64,000 nucleotides of DNA from an uncultured Chloroflexia bacterium (GCA_963700245.1 CAVOWV010000015.1:128339-192338), one strand, 5' to 3'; counted from the stretch's first letter, positions 40,772 through 49,460 are shown. Program-made: numbers and translations. Notes: generated from the letters alone by a model not told the origin.

Positions 40772-40837
40772 GCGGCGAAGCGGTTCGAGGAGAAGCTGGC
40801 CCGCTCCGGGGTGCCGCGCATCGCCCCAGCCCGATAG
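40772..40837 (+). pseudogene. Orphan copy of the last ~21 codons of an acyl-ACP desaturase gene
   Basis: AAKRFEEKLARSGVPRIAPAR-stop, compared with AAKRFEERLARSGVPRIAPG-stop at the end of the intact gene (40279-40341). About 82% nucleotide identity, with most differences at third codon positions. Weak similarity continues about 30 nt past the stops. Confidence 0.65.
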
Positions 40838-41136
40838 GGTCCGCGTCCTGCGGCGTGACCGCGGGCGGCTGATCTGCGCCAGCCCCGTGACGCTGCGCAC
40901 GACCCGATGGCTGCACGCCCCAGCGCTCGCGACGTGCTGCCGTTGGCCCCCGGGGTCCGCCAGTCACCGTCGCCGGCCGTCAAGGGTTGGCTCCGGGACT
41001 GCCTGACCCGTGAGCGGCGCTGAACCGGGAGTCGGGCGTCGGAACTGGGCCTGGCAGGCCCCGATCCGCCTCGAGAGGCCTGCCACCGGCGACTATCGGA
41101 CCCCGGGACACTGCGACGGCGTCGCTGGCTCGAGAC

Positions 41137-42191
41137 CTACCAGAGGTCGCCGACGGTGTACCCCTCCGGGAACGGGTCAGTCGGATCCACGACGTAGGAC
41201 GCGAAGCCCGTGATCCACGCCGTCCCGGTGATCGTGGGCACGACCGCGGTCCGCTCGCCGACCCGCGTCTCCTCGAGGAGCCGCCGGTGAACACCGTCCC
41301 GAGGATCCCCTCGTGGCGGAAGTCCTGGCCAACCGCCAGCTGCCCCTTCGCGTGGAGGACGGCCATCTTGGCGCAGGTGCCGGTCCCGCACGGCGACCGG
41401 TCGATGACGCCCGTCCACGTCGACGGCTCGGACCAGTCCAAGCGCCCCGGTCGAGACCGTGACCACGTTGCGCCACGAGTTCCTGGGGTCGTGCGGCGGT
41501 CCGGACAGCTGACCGATGGTGATCCCGGCGAACCCGGGCTGGTCTGGGTGGACCACCGGCAGCTGCTCCGCCGCGGCGGCCTTGATCATCTCGGTGACCC
41601 GCGTGATGTCCCGTCCCTCGTCCGGGAGGAGCGCGGAACCCCAGCTCCTCCGCGTCCGCGATGACGTAGAACATCCCGCCGTACGCCACGTCCACCACGA
41701 CCGTGCCCAGCTGTGGCACCTCGATCGGGGTGTCCAGGTGCGTCGCGAAGGCCGGCACGTTGCGGAACGTGACGCCGGTGACCTTGCCGCCGGCACAGGT
41801 GGCCCGGATCCGGATCAGCCCAGCCGGCGCCTCGAGCGTGATCTCGGTGACCGGCTCGGTCATCGGCAGCATGCCGGTCTCGAGCAGCGCCGTGGCCACG
41901 CAGATCGTGTTGGTCCCGGACATGCCCGGGTACTCGACGTGCTCCATGATCACGTAGCCCGGCATCGGCGTCGGGATGCGTGGGCGGCAGGATCACGTTC
42001 GCGCACAGGGCCGGGTAGCCGCGCGGCTCGCGGAGCATCAGCCGGCGGAGCCCGTCGCCGTGGTGCTCGAGGTGGCGGGCCTTCTCGAGCATCGTCGCGC
42101 CGGGGACGTCCAGGACCCCGCCCACGATGACCCGCCCCGGCTCCCCCGCCGCGTGCAGGTCGACCGCCTGGAGCATCCGCGCGAGCCGCAT
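41137..42191 (-). pseudogene. Proline racemase / hydroxyproline epimerase-dehydratase family gene with four frame breaks
   Basis: GGAGGG SD plus ATG 42191. The segments read on across frames: MRLARMLQAVDLHAAGEPGRVIVGG...PDADAG | YVIMEHVEYPGMSGTNTICVATALLETG...AEELGF | [18 protein letters not shown]...STGAL | [34 protein letters not shown]...GTVFTG | [48 protein letters not shown]. Breaks lie near 41960, 41640, 41445 and 41285. Confidence 0.75.
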
Positions 42192-42264
42192 CGATCCCTC
42201 CTGCGCCTTGGGCGCCGGTGGCGCCAGGGTGACGTTAGCGCCGGCGACCGCTGATCGGCGAACC

Positions 42265-42723
42265 CTACCGCCGTCGCGCGTCCGCGACCTGGCGCTCCAT
42301 GTCCCGCTTCGCATCCCGCTCCGCGATCTCGCGCCGCCGGTCCCAGGTCTGCTTGCCGCGGGCGAGGCCCAGCTCCATCTTCGCCCTGCCCCGCGAGAGG
42401 TAGATCGAGAGCGGCACGACCGTGAGGCCCTTGGCCTTGGTCTTGCCGAGGAGCTCGTCGATCTCCCGGCGGTGGAGGAGCAGCTTCCGGGCGCGCTTGG
42501 GCTCGTGGTTGAAGCGGACGTCCGTCGTTCCCCACGGGGCGATGTGGAGGCCGATGATCCAGGCCTCGTCACGCTCGATGCGCGCGTAGGCATCCGCGAG
42601 GCTCACCTTGTGGTCGCGGACGCTCTTGATCTCGGTGCCGCGCAGCACGATGCCGGCCTCGAAGGTCTCCTCGATGCTGTAGTCGTGGTGCGCTCGTCGG
42701 TTGCGGGCGATCGTCTCGCCCAT
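42265..42723 (-). CDS. smpB: SsrA-binding protein SmpB
   Basis: 152 aa. IARNRRAHHDYSIEETFEAGIVLRGTEIKSVR...KRARKLLLHRREI...GLTVVPLSIYL.... Confidence 0.93.
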   Translation of the reverse strand: MGETIARNRRAHHDYSIEETFEAGIVLRGTEIKSVRDHKVSLADAYARIERDEAWIIGLHIAPWGTTDVRFNHEPKRARKLLLHRREIDELLGKTKAKGLTVVPLSIYLSRGRAKMELGLARGKQTWDRRREIAERDAKRDMERQVADARRR

Positions 42724-42787
42724 CGGGGGCTCCTCTCGTGGGTGGAACGGTCAGTGTCGCACGAGCGACACGGGGCTCCGGACGCAC

Positions 42788-42817
42788 GAACGCCGGCCCG
42801 TTGCCGGACCGGCGTTC
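42788..42817. terminator. GC-rich hairpin between flavodoxin fragment and smpB
   Basis: GAACGCCGG (42788-42796) pairs with CCGGCGTTC (42809-42817), with a 12-nt loop. No clear U-tract on the minus strand. Confidence 0.3.
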
Positions 42818-42905
42818 ATTTGCTACCGACCACCCGTCGGGATCGCAACTAGGCGGCGATCTCCGACGAGGTGGTGCAGCAACTTCGACTGTCTATCACT
42901 GCACA

Positions 42906-43103
42906 TCACCTCCTTTCGTTCGCAAGCGACCGTACCCGATCCTGCCGGGGTGCGCAAGCAGCGAATTCCGGCAGGTCACGCACCGCCGAGACGGGGCGGA
43001 CGTCTGCCTCGAGCCCCGCATCGCGCAGCCTCGTGCCGATCCGTTCCGCGATCCCGCGCGTCGCGCCGTGCCGCGTCGCGTAGCCAACAAGGACGTGCTC
43101 CAT
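42906..43103 (-). pseudogene. Flavodoxin-domain protein, N-terminal ~47 codons only
   Basis: MEHVLVGYATRHGATRGIAERIGTRLRDAGLEADVRPVSAVRDLPEF matches the start of HemG/flavodoxin-like proteins. No frame continues the fold after about 42963, and the ORF ends in unrelated sequence. Confidence 0.55.
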
Positions 43104-43203
43104 TGTTCCTCCTGGTCGTCCGAATGAGGTCAGGATCGTGGACTGAAGTCAAGGTGGATTGTCGGGCACATCGCTCGCGAGGGCCGGACGGATCGAGCCA
43201 GCC

Positions 43204-44562
43204 CTACCTCGAGCCCGTGGTGACAGCGTCGAGCTCCTCCAGCGCCGCGTCCAACACCGGGTCGTCGCCCGGCTTCGTGGGCTGCTCGTCCACCACGACA
43301 TCCGGGGTGATCCCCGCGCCGTGGATCCAGATCTTGTCGGGCGTCAGCCACTTGGCGATGGTCAGCCGGAAGCCGCCGCGATCGCCCTCCAGCTGGGTCC
43401 ACTGCTGCACGGTGCCCTTGCCGAACGACTTCGTGCCGACGAGGGTCGCCCGATCGCGGTCGTGCAGGGCGCCGGCCACCATCTCGGATGCCGATGCCGA
43501 CCCGCCGTCGATGAGCACCACGACCTCGATCCCGTCGTCAATCGCCTCGCCACCCGTCGTTGCCGTCGACTCGACGAGCGTCCCGTCGGCGTCCTCCTCC
43601 CAGAAGATGGTGCCGCCGTCGAGGAACTGGCTGGCGATGTCGCGAGCCGCGGTCACGTAGCCGCCGGGGTTCCCGCGCAGGTCGACGATCAGCTTCTTGC
43701 GCCCGGCCGCGACGTCCTCCGCGACGGCCTCGTCGAACTGCGCTGCGGCGTGATCCGAGAAGCCGGCCAGCCGGATGTAGCCCACGGATCCGTCGGCAAG
43801 GTCCTCGGACTCCACCTCGGGCGACACGATCACCGCCCGCACCACCTCGATGTCCCGGGGAGCGTCGCCGCCGCGCTCGATCGTCAGCACGACGGGCGTC
43901 CCCTTCGGTCCGCGCACCTTCATGCGCGCCGCCTCGAGGGTCTGGCCGTCGACGGCCACCCCATCGATGTGCGTGACCACGTCGCCCGGGAGGAGGCCCG
44001 CCTTCTCGGCGGGCGCGTCCCGGAGCGGGGCCACGATGACCATCCGGCAGGCCGGCCCGAGGTCCACGCAGCTCGATGAGGCGCCACTCGCGTCCACGGT
44101 GCCGATCGTCGCCCCGATCCCCTCGAACTCGCCCGAGATGCCTTGGAGGCTCGCCTTGAACTCCTCCGACGTGAGGTACTGCGAGTACGGGTCGTCCAGG
44201 GCCCCGATCATCCCCTTGATCGCGCCCTCAACGATCGCCTTGCGATCCACCTCGCCGCCCGCGTAGCGCTCGGTGACGGCCCGGTAGGTGTCCCAGAACG
44301 GCTGGAACATCTCGCTCTCGCCGGAGGGCGTACCCGGGGTCAGGGCCACCTGGCGGCCCAGCGTCCAGCCCGAGAGGAACAGCGCCGTCCCGGCGAGAAT
44401 GGCGACGAGGCTGACGGCGACGATGGCGACGCCGGTGCGGCGGCCCGAGCCTGCGTGCGGTCGGGGCTCCGGGGCCGCTGGGCTTGCGTTGCCCGGCGCG
44501 TCCTCGGCAGGAACCGGTTCGATGGCAACGGGCTCGGTGGCGGGGACGGGATCGGGGGTCAT
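43204..44562 (-). CDS. ctp: S41-family C-terminal processing peptidase (Ctp/Prc-like) with PDZ domain
   Basis: 452 aa. N-terminal TM, PDZ (GLLPGDVVTHIDG), LRGNPGGY, IDGGSASASEM and TKSFGKGTVQ. Downstream of ftsEX as in Bacillus-type synteny. Confidence 0.88.
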   Translation of the reverse strand: MTPDPVPATEPVAIEPVPAEDAPGNASPAAPEPRPHAGSGRRTGVAIVAVSLVAILAGTALFLSGWTLGRQVALTPGTPSGESEMFQPFWDTYRAVTERYAGGEVDRKAIVEGAIKGMIGALDDPYSQYLTSEEFKASLQGISGEFEGIGATIGTVDASGASSSCVDLGPACRMVIVAPLRDAPAEKAGLLPGDVVTHIDGVAVDGQTLEAARMKVRGPKGTPVVLTIERGGDAPRDIEVVRAVIVSPEVESEDLADGSVGYIRLAGFSDHAAAQFDEAVAEDVAAGRKKLIVDLRGNPGGYVTAARDIASQFLDGGTIFWEEDADGTLVESTATTGGEAIDDGIEVVVLIDGGSASASEMVAGALHDRDRATLVGTKSFGKGTVQQWTQLEGDRGGFRLTIAKWLTPDKIWIHGAGITPDVVVDEQPTKPGDDPVLDAALEELDAVTTGSR

Positions 44563-44706
44563 CGTTGGCTTCTCGAGCGACTTCTCAGGTCCACGGCACG
44601 GACGCGGGCCGCCAGCGTACCGCCGCCGACGCGAAGCCGCCCCGGACGGACCTGCCCGGTGTTCGCCGGATGCTGACCGGTGCGTGAAGCGGCCCGCCGC
44701 GACCGA

Positions 44707-45591
44707 CTACCGGATCAGGTACGTCCGCACCGAGACCCACGAGCCCAGGACGCCAAGCCCCAGGCCCGTCGCCAGCACGATCACCGCCGTGTCGCGGCCG
44801 AGGGTCCCGAGCTGGAGCGGCAGGATGTTGAAGAAGCCCACCATGGCCGCTGACAGCGGGTCCGCGGCGAGCACCAGCAGCGCCAGCGTGATCAGGGCCC
44901 CCAGCAGGCCCACGAGCGCGCCCTCGAAGACGAACGGCCAGCGGATGAACGCGTCCGACGCCCCGACCAGGCGCATGATCTCGATCTCCTCGGCACGTGC
45001 GACCACGGCCAGCCGGATCGTGTTCACGATGATGAACAGCACGATCAGGCCCACCACGACGAGGAGCACACCGCCGCCCGTGCGCACGACGCCGGTCACC
45101 GTGGTCACCCGCTCGACGAGCGCCTCGATGTTGAGCACGTTCCGGATGATCGCGTCCTGCCGCAGGGCCTCCGCCACGACGTCGAGGTCGCCCGGGGCGG
45201 TCAGCTTGACGTTGAGGCTGGCGTACAGCGGGTTCGACTCCAGGTACTTCGTGAGGTCCTCGCGACCCTGGGCCTCCTGGGCCACTCGGAAGCGCTCCAG
45301 GGCCACTTCGCGGGTGATGAACTCGACCGACGCCGTCTCGGGCATGGCGCCGACGCGCGCCACGAGCTCGTCGACCTGGTCCTGCGTGGCGGTGTTCTCG
45401 ACGTAGGCGACGACCTCGACCTTCTGCTCCACGAACGACAGGCTGGCCAGCAGGACGTTCTGGAGGATGAAGAAGCCGGCCAGGAGCAGGAGCATCAGCA
45501 CCATCGTCAGCGTCGCGGCGAGGCTCATCAGCGCGTTGCGCCAGAACCCCTGCCACGCCCGGCCGATGGAGAACAGGACGAACGGGATCAC
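44707..45591 (-). CDS. ftsX: Cell-division ABC transporter permease FtsX
   Basis: 294 aa. FSIGRAWQGFWRNALMSLAATLTMVL, a large extracytoplasmic loop, and three C-terminal TM segments. Follows ftsE. Confidence 0.9.
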   Translation of the reverse strand: MIPFVLFSIGRAWQGFWRNALMSLAATLTMVLMLLLLAGFFILQNVLLASLSFVEQKVEVVAYVENTATQDQVDELVARVGAMPETASVEFITREVALERFRVAQEAQGREDLTKYLESNPLYASLNVKLTAPGDLDVVAEALRQDAIIRNVLNIEALVERVTTVTGVVRTGGGVLLVVVGLIVLFIIVNTIRLAVVARAEEIEIMRLVGASDAFIRWPFVFEGALVGLLGALITLALLVLAADPLSAAMVGFFNILPLQLGTLGRDTAVIVLATGLGLGVLGSWVSVRTYLIR

Positions 45592-45597
45592 GAACGC

Positions 45598-46386
45598 CTA
45601 GTCCTCACGGTGGTAGGTCGCGCCGGTCTCGTCGCGGATGATCCGGCCGTCCTCGAGCGCCACGACGCGCTTGCGCAGTGCGGTCACGACCTCCGCCTGG
45701 TGGGTCGCCATGAGGATGGTCACGCCCAGCTCGTTGATGCGCAGCAGCAGCTGGATGATCTCCCAGCTGATCACGGGGTCCAGGTTCCCGGTGGGCTCGT
45801 CCGCGATGATGATCCGCGGGTCGTGGACGAGCGCGCGGGCGATCGCCGTCCGCTGCTGCTCGCCACCCGAGAGCTGGGTCGGGATCTGGTCTGCCGCGTC
45901 AGTGAGCCCGACCAGCGCGAGGACCCGGTCCACCGCCGGCCGGATCTGCCGGCGGGGCGTGCCGGTGACCTCCAGGGCGAACGCGACGTTCTCCCGGACT
46001 GACTTGCGCGGCAGGAGCTTGAAGTCCTGGAAGACGGTCCCGATCTTGCGCCGGATCCGCGGCACTTGGCGGCGCTTGATCCGGGCGAGATCGTAGCCGT
46101 CGATGACGACATCGCCGTGCGTCGCCAGCTCATCGCGGATCAGCAGCTTCATGAGCGTGGACTTGCCGGCGCCCGATGGCCCGACGAGGAACACGAAGTC
46201 GCCCTCGGGGACCACGAGGTCCACGTCCTTGAGCGCCTCCTTGCCATTCGGGTAGCGCTTCGTCACGTCGTGGAGCACCACCACGGCGTGGTCCGTCTCC
46301 ACCGGACGCGCGCGCCCGGTCAGGCGTTCGATGAGCGAGGGAGGCGTCGGCGACGCGCTGGGGGTCTGGCCCTGGGTTGCGGTCAT
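45598..46386 (-). CDS. ftsE: Cell-division ATP-binding protein FtsE
   Basis: Walker A GPSGAGKST, LSGGEQQR and IIIADEPTGNLD. Start placed at ATG 46386 (the track ORF extends to 46557). Confidence 0.9.
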   Translation of the reverse strand: MTATQGQTPSASPTPPSLIERLTGRARPVETDHAVVVLHDVTKRYPNGKEALKDVDLVVPEGDFVFLVGPSGAGKSTLMKLLIRDELATHGDVVIDGYDLARIKRRQVPRIRRKIGTVFQDFKLLPRKSVRENVAFALEVTGTPRRQIRPAVDRVLALVGLTDAADQIPTQLSGGEQQRTAIARALVHDPRIIIADEPTGNLDPVISWEIIQLLLRINELGVTILMATHQAEVVTALRKRVVALEDGRIIRDETGATYHRED

Positions 46387-46544
46387 GCGCTCACTGGTGT
46401 GGGGATCGCGGTGACGACTCCGACCGAGGGCACAATCGAGGGAGCCACGTTCGCCTGAGGCTAGCATCGGCAGGCCGATCCTGCCGGTCGAGGAGCGGGC
46501 TTGGCGGCGCTTGTCGCCTGTGTGTCGACGGAACCGGGGCCCCA

Positions 46545-46567
46545 GACGAAGCACCACCGGCTTCGTC
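46545..46567 (-). terminator. Candidate terminator hairpin after the GNAT gene
   Basis: GACGAAGC, 7-nt loop, GCTTCGTC, 30 nt downstream of the stop at 46598. No U-tract. Confidence 0.3.
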
Positions 46568-46597
46568 GCCTGCGAGCCGCCAGGTGACGGTGGGTGC

Positions 46598-47605
46598 TCA
46601 GACCAGCGCGAGCGAGATCGGGACGTAGCGCTCGAACGGGTGGTCCGGGCGCGACCAGCAGATCAAGCCCGGGAAGCCATCGAAGCGCAGGCCGGCCTCG
46701 AGCAGCGCCCGCGTCGCGCGGTCGGCCGTCCCGGGAACCCACATGGCAACCGTGCCCGGCATCGGCGTCTCGCGCACCGCCACACCCAGCAGCGCCGGGT
46801 GCAGTGCGGGGTCCAGCGCAGCGACGGGTCCCAGGCGTCCGGCGCCGGAACCGTAGACATACCCGTGGACCCTTCCGGTCCCCCGCTCGCGAACCAGGAA
46901 GCCGGAGCGGCCCTCCCGCCGGAGGTAGGCGTGATCTGCGGGATGCGCGGCCCCGATCAGCTCGCGATCCAGGCCGTCCACGGCCTCCGCCAGGCGACGG
47001 TGGCCGGCGGGACCTTCGGCGGCCAGTGCCTCGAACGGCACCGCCTCGAGGGATCCCGGGAGCGGGGGCACGGCGGACCAGCGCCGCACCTCCCCGAACA
47101 GTCGCCAGGCCGGGATCCGGGGCACCATGCCTCGCCGGGCGTACAGCGCGTTGGAGATGGGTTGGACGGCGTCCGTGCACATGCCCCAGGTGTGGATCCC
47201 ACTGTCGAGCGGCTCGTCCGGGCCGGGGACCGCCGGACCGCCCGGATCGACGTCGCGGCCGGCCTGGGCGCGGTCCATCAGGGCCTGTCCCACGCCTCCT
47301 GCCTGGACCCCGGGCCGGACGAACAGCATGGCCAGGAACCACAGGCCCTCGCGCAGGGTCGCGCTCGAGAACCCGGCCACCGTCCCCTCGCCGTCGACCG
47401 CCACCCAGAACCGGGCCGGGTCCGTCGCCAGGGCGTGGGCCAGGAGCCGGCGGAGCGGGCCCAGGTCGTCGGCCATCGGCGGCTGCGCCAGGCGAGCCTG
47501 GTAGTCCTCGATGGCCGCCTTCCAGGTGAGCGTGCACGCGTCGAGGTCGTCGGACCGGCCGGGCCGGTAGGTCATCGACCGCTCACGGGCCACGCGACCG
47601 GCCAC
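46598..47605 (-). CDS. GNAT-family N-acetyltransferase (two-domain)
   Basis: 335 aa. ...FLAMLFVRPGVQAGGVGQALMDRA... acetyl-CoA motif. GTG 47605 lies 3 nt after the prfB stop. ATG 47575 is an alternative start. Confidence 0.65.
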   Translation of the reverse strand: MAGRVARERSMTYRPGRSDDLDACTLTWKAAIEDYQARLAQPPMADDLGPLRRLLAHALATDPARFWVAVDGEGTVAGFSSATLREGLWFLAMLFVRPGVQAGGVGQALMDRAQAGRDVDPGGPAVPGPDEPLDSGIHTWGMCTDAVQPISNALYARRGMVPRIPAWRLFGEVRRWSAVPPLPGSLEAVPFEALAAEGPAGHRRLAEAVDGLDRELIGAAHPADHAYLRREGRSGFLVRERGTGRVHGYVYGSGAGRLGPVAALDPALHPALLGVAVRETPMPGTVAMWVPGTADRATRALLEAGLRFDGFPGLICWSRPDHPFERYVPISLALV

Positions 47606-47608
47606 GGA

Positions 47609-48731
47609 CTAGTCGTCGCTGCCGTCGGCGGAGGGCGGTCGCCCGGTGGCCAGGCGCTCCAGCTCGGCCTGCATGAACAGGTCGAGGTCGCCGTCCAGCA
47701 CGGCTCCCGTGTTCGACGTCTCGTGGCCCGTCCGCAGGTCCTTGACCATCTGGTACGGGTGCAGCACGTAGGACCGGATCTGGTTGCCCCAGCCGGCCGT
47801 CACGTGCTCGCCGCGGAGCTTCTGCAGCTCCTCCTCGCGCTTCTCGAGCTCGAGCTCCAGGAGCCGGGACTTGAGGACGCGGATCGCGATCTCCCGGTTC
47901 TGGGTGGCGGACCGCTCGTTCTGGCAGGAGACGACGATCCCGGTCGGGATGTGGGTCAGGCGGATGGCCGACTCGGTCTTCTGGACGTGCTGGCCTCCCG
48001 CGCCCGAGGAACGGAAGGTGTCGGTCCGGATCTCGTCCCAGTTGAGCTCGATCGCCACGTCGTCGTCGGCCTCGGGCATGACCTCGATCAGGGCGAACGT
48101 CGTCTGGCGCCGGTTCTGCGCGTCGTAGGGGCTGATCCGGACCAGGCGGTGGACGCCGCGCTCGGCGCGCAGCCAGCCATAGGCGAACCGGCCCGTGAAC
48201 GTGACGGTCGCGCTCTTGATCCCGGCCTGGTCACCCTCCTGGGAGTCCACGACATCCGCCTTGAACTTGTGGCGCTTCGCCCATTGGAGGTACATGCGCA
48301 GCAGCATCTCGGCCCAGTCGGTGGCCTCGGTGCCGCCAGCCCCGGCGCTGATCGACAGGACCGCGTTCTTCGCGTCGTAGTCGCCCGAGAACAGGAGCAG
48401 GGTCCGCTCGCGCTCGAACTCCACGCGCAGGCTGTCCGCCTCGCGCTCGAGGTCCGCGAGCATCTCGGCGTCGGGCGACTCGGCGAGGAGATCCAGCAGT
48501 TCCTCGAGGTCCATGGCGCGCTTCTCGAGGGCACGCCAGAGGGCGATCTCGTCACGCAGGCCCTCGGCCTCGCGGGTGACCTTCTGGGCGGCCCGCTGGT
48601 CGTCCCAGAAGCCGGGCTCGATGGCGCGCGCGTCGAGCTCCGCGACGCGCTGCTCCTTGGCGGCTAGGTCAAAGACGCCCCGAGGTCGACCGGATCCGCT
48701 CCGCCAGGTCGCGAGTGGACGCAGCGTCCAC
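47609..48731 (-). CDS. prfB: Peptide chain release factor 2, requiring the programmed +1 ribosomal frameshift
   Basis: Frame 0 is GTG 48731 ... VDAASTRDLAERIRSTSGRL followed by an in-frame TGA. The +1 frame continues DLAAKEQRVAELDARAIEPGFWDD... through SPF-type and GGQ motifs (RSSGAGGQHVQKTESA) to 47609. Total is about 373 aa. Confidence 0.92.
48668..48674 (-). other. RF2 autoregulatory +1 frameshift site CTT TGA C
   Basis: Minus strand ...TCGGGGCGT CTT TGA CCT.... Identical slippery/stop context to the classical prfB site, with a GGGG SD-like element a few nt upstream. Confidence 0.85.
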
Positions 48732-48955
48732 TACGAGCGCACCCGGAGGTCCTGGAGCAGGATCGGACGGAGCTCGATCAGCCGAAGGGCTGTCTTGCTC
48801 CGGGCGACGACGGGGTTCACACAGGGGCAATACGAGTTGTGGGTGCAGACGCCGCAGTTGCCGTCGCAGTCCAGGGCGGCGGCGTAGCTGCAGTTGCGGC
48901 AGTCACGTTCGCAAGCGATGAGATCCACGAACTGGGCTTCCTCAGCCTGCTTCAC
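48731..48955 (-). CDS. 74-aa Cys-rich protein (two CX3CX2C triads + CPC), start/stop-coupled to prfB; family not recognised
   Basis: GTG start with GGAGAGAGGGA SD. MKQAEEAQFVDLIACERDCRNCSYAAALDCDGNCGVCTHNSYCPCVNPVVARSKTALRLIELRPILLQDLRVRS. Strong G/C third-position bias. Its TAG shares one nucleotide with the prfB GTG (TAGTG). Confidence 0.6.
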   Translation of the reverse strand: MKQAEEAQFVDLIACERDCRNCSYAAALDCDGNCGVCTHNSYCPCVNPVVARSKTALRLIELRPILLQDLRVRS

Positions 48956-49074
48956 AGTCCCTCTCTCCTGGTCTCTCGCTGTCGAACGTGGTGACGGTGC
49001 GGGACGGAGCGCCGAGTGAGCTCGGGCACGATGCGACGACGACGCCTGTCCCTTGGGGCGAAAGACTGTGGCCG

Positions 49075-49103
49075 AGTATAGGGGCCGGGTCGACGCATTC
49101 CAA
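49075..49103 (-). promoter_or_regulatory. Candidate sigma70-type promoter for the Cys-rich ORF-prfB unit
   Basis: Minus strand TTGGAA (49103-49098), 17 nt, TATACT (49080-49075), about 115 nt upstream of the GTG at 48955. Confidence 0.45.
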
Positions 49104-49390
49104 GAGGGCGGAGGCCGAAACCGCGACGAATTTCACGCATTGCACCCGTTTTCGGGGTCGATCCGGGTCCATCACCGTGATCGTTCACGGTCCACGGCCC
49201 AACACGCGCCTTTCCCGACCCGTCCCGCTGTGTCTGGCAGGCATGGAATCCGAGGCCACGAGCCACGCGATTGCGCCCGGCGCACGGCCGCAGCGCCGCG
49301 ACGGGGCCCGAGGCCTCGGAAGACGTCGCTCACCGTGAGCCGGACGCAACTTCACAGCCGGTCGCGACGACATGCTTGCGTGGCACGCAG

Positions 49391-49460
49391 CCTGCGCGGA
49401 CCCCGACGCCTGCGCGGACCCCGACGCCTGCGCGGACCCCGACGCCTGGCGCGGACCCGC
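49391..49460. repeat. 18-bp tandem repeat, about 3.5 copies
   Basis: CCTGCGCGGACCCCGACG x3 (49391-49444), then the degenerate CCTGGCGCGGACCCGC. Starts about 20 nt beyond the YdcF-like gene stop. Non-coding by frame inspection. Confidence 0.85.

Noticed and set aside
42905-42917. ATCACCTCCTTTC as a remnant of a 16S rRNA gene
   Set aside because: Similarity does not extend beyond the 13 nt into the preceding helix 45 region, and no rRNA-like sequence is nearby. It is kept only as an odd strong-SD observation.
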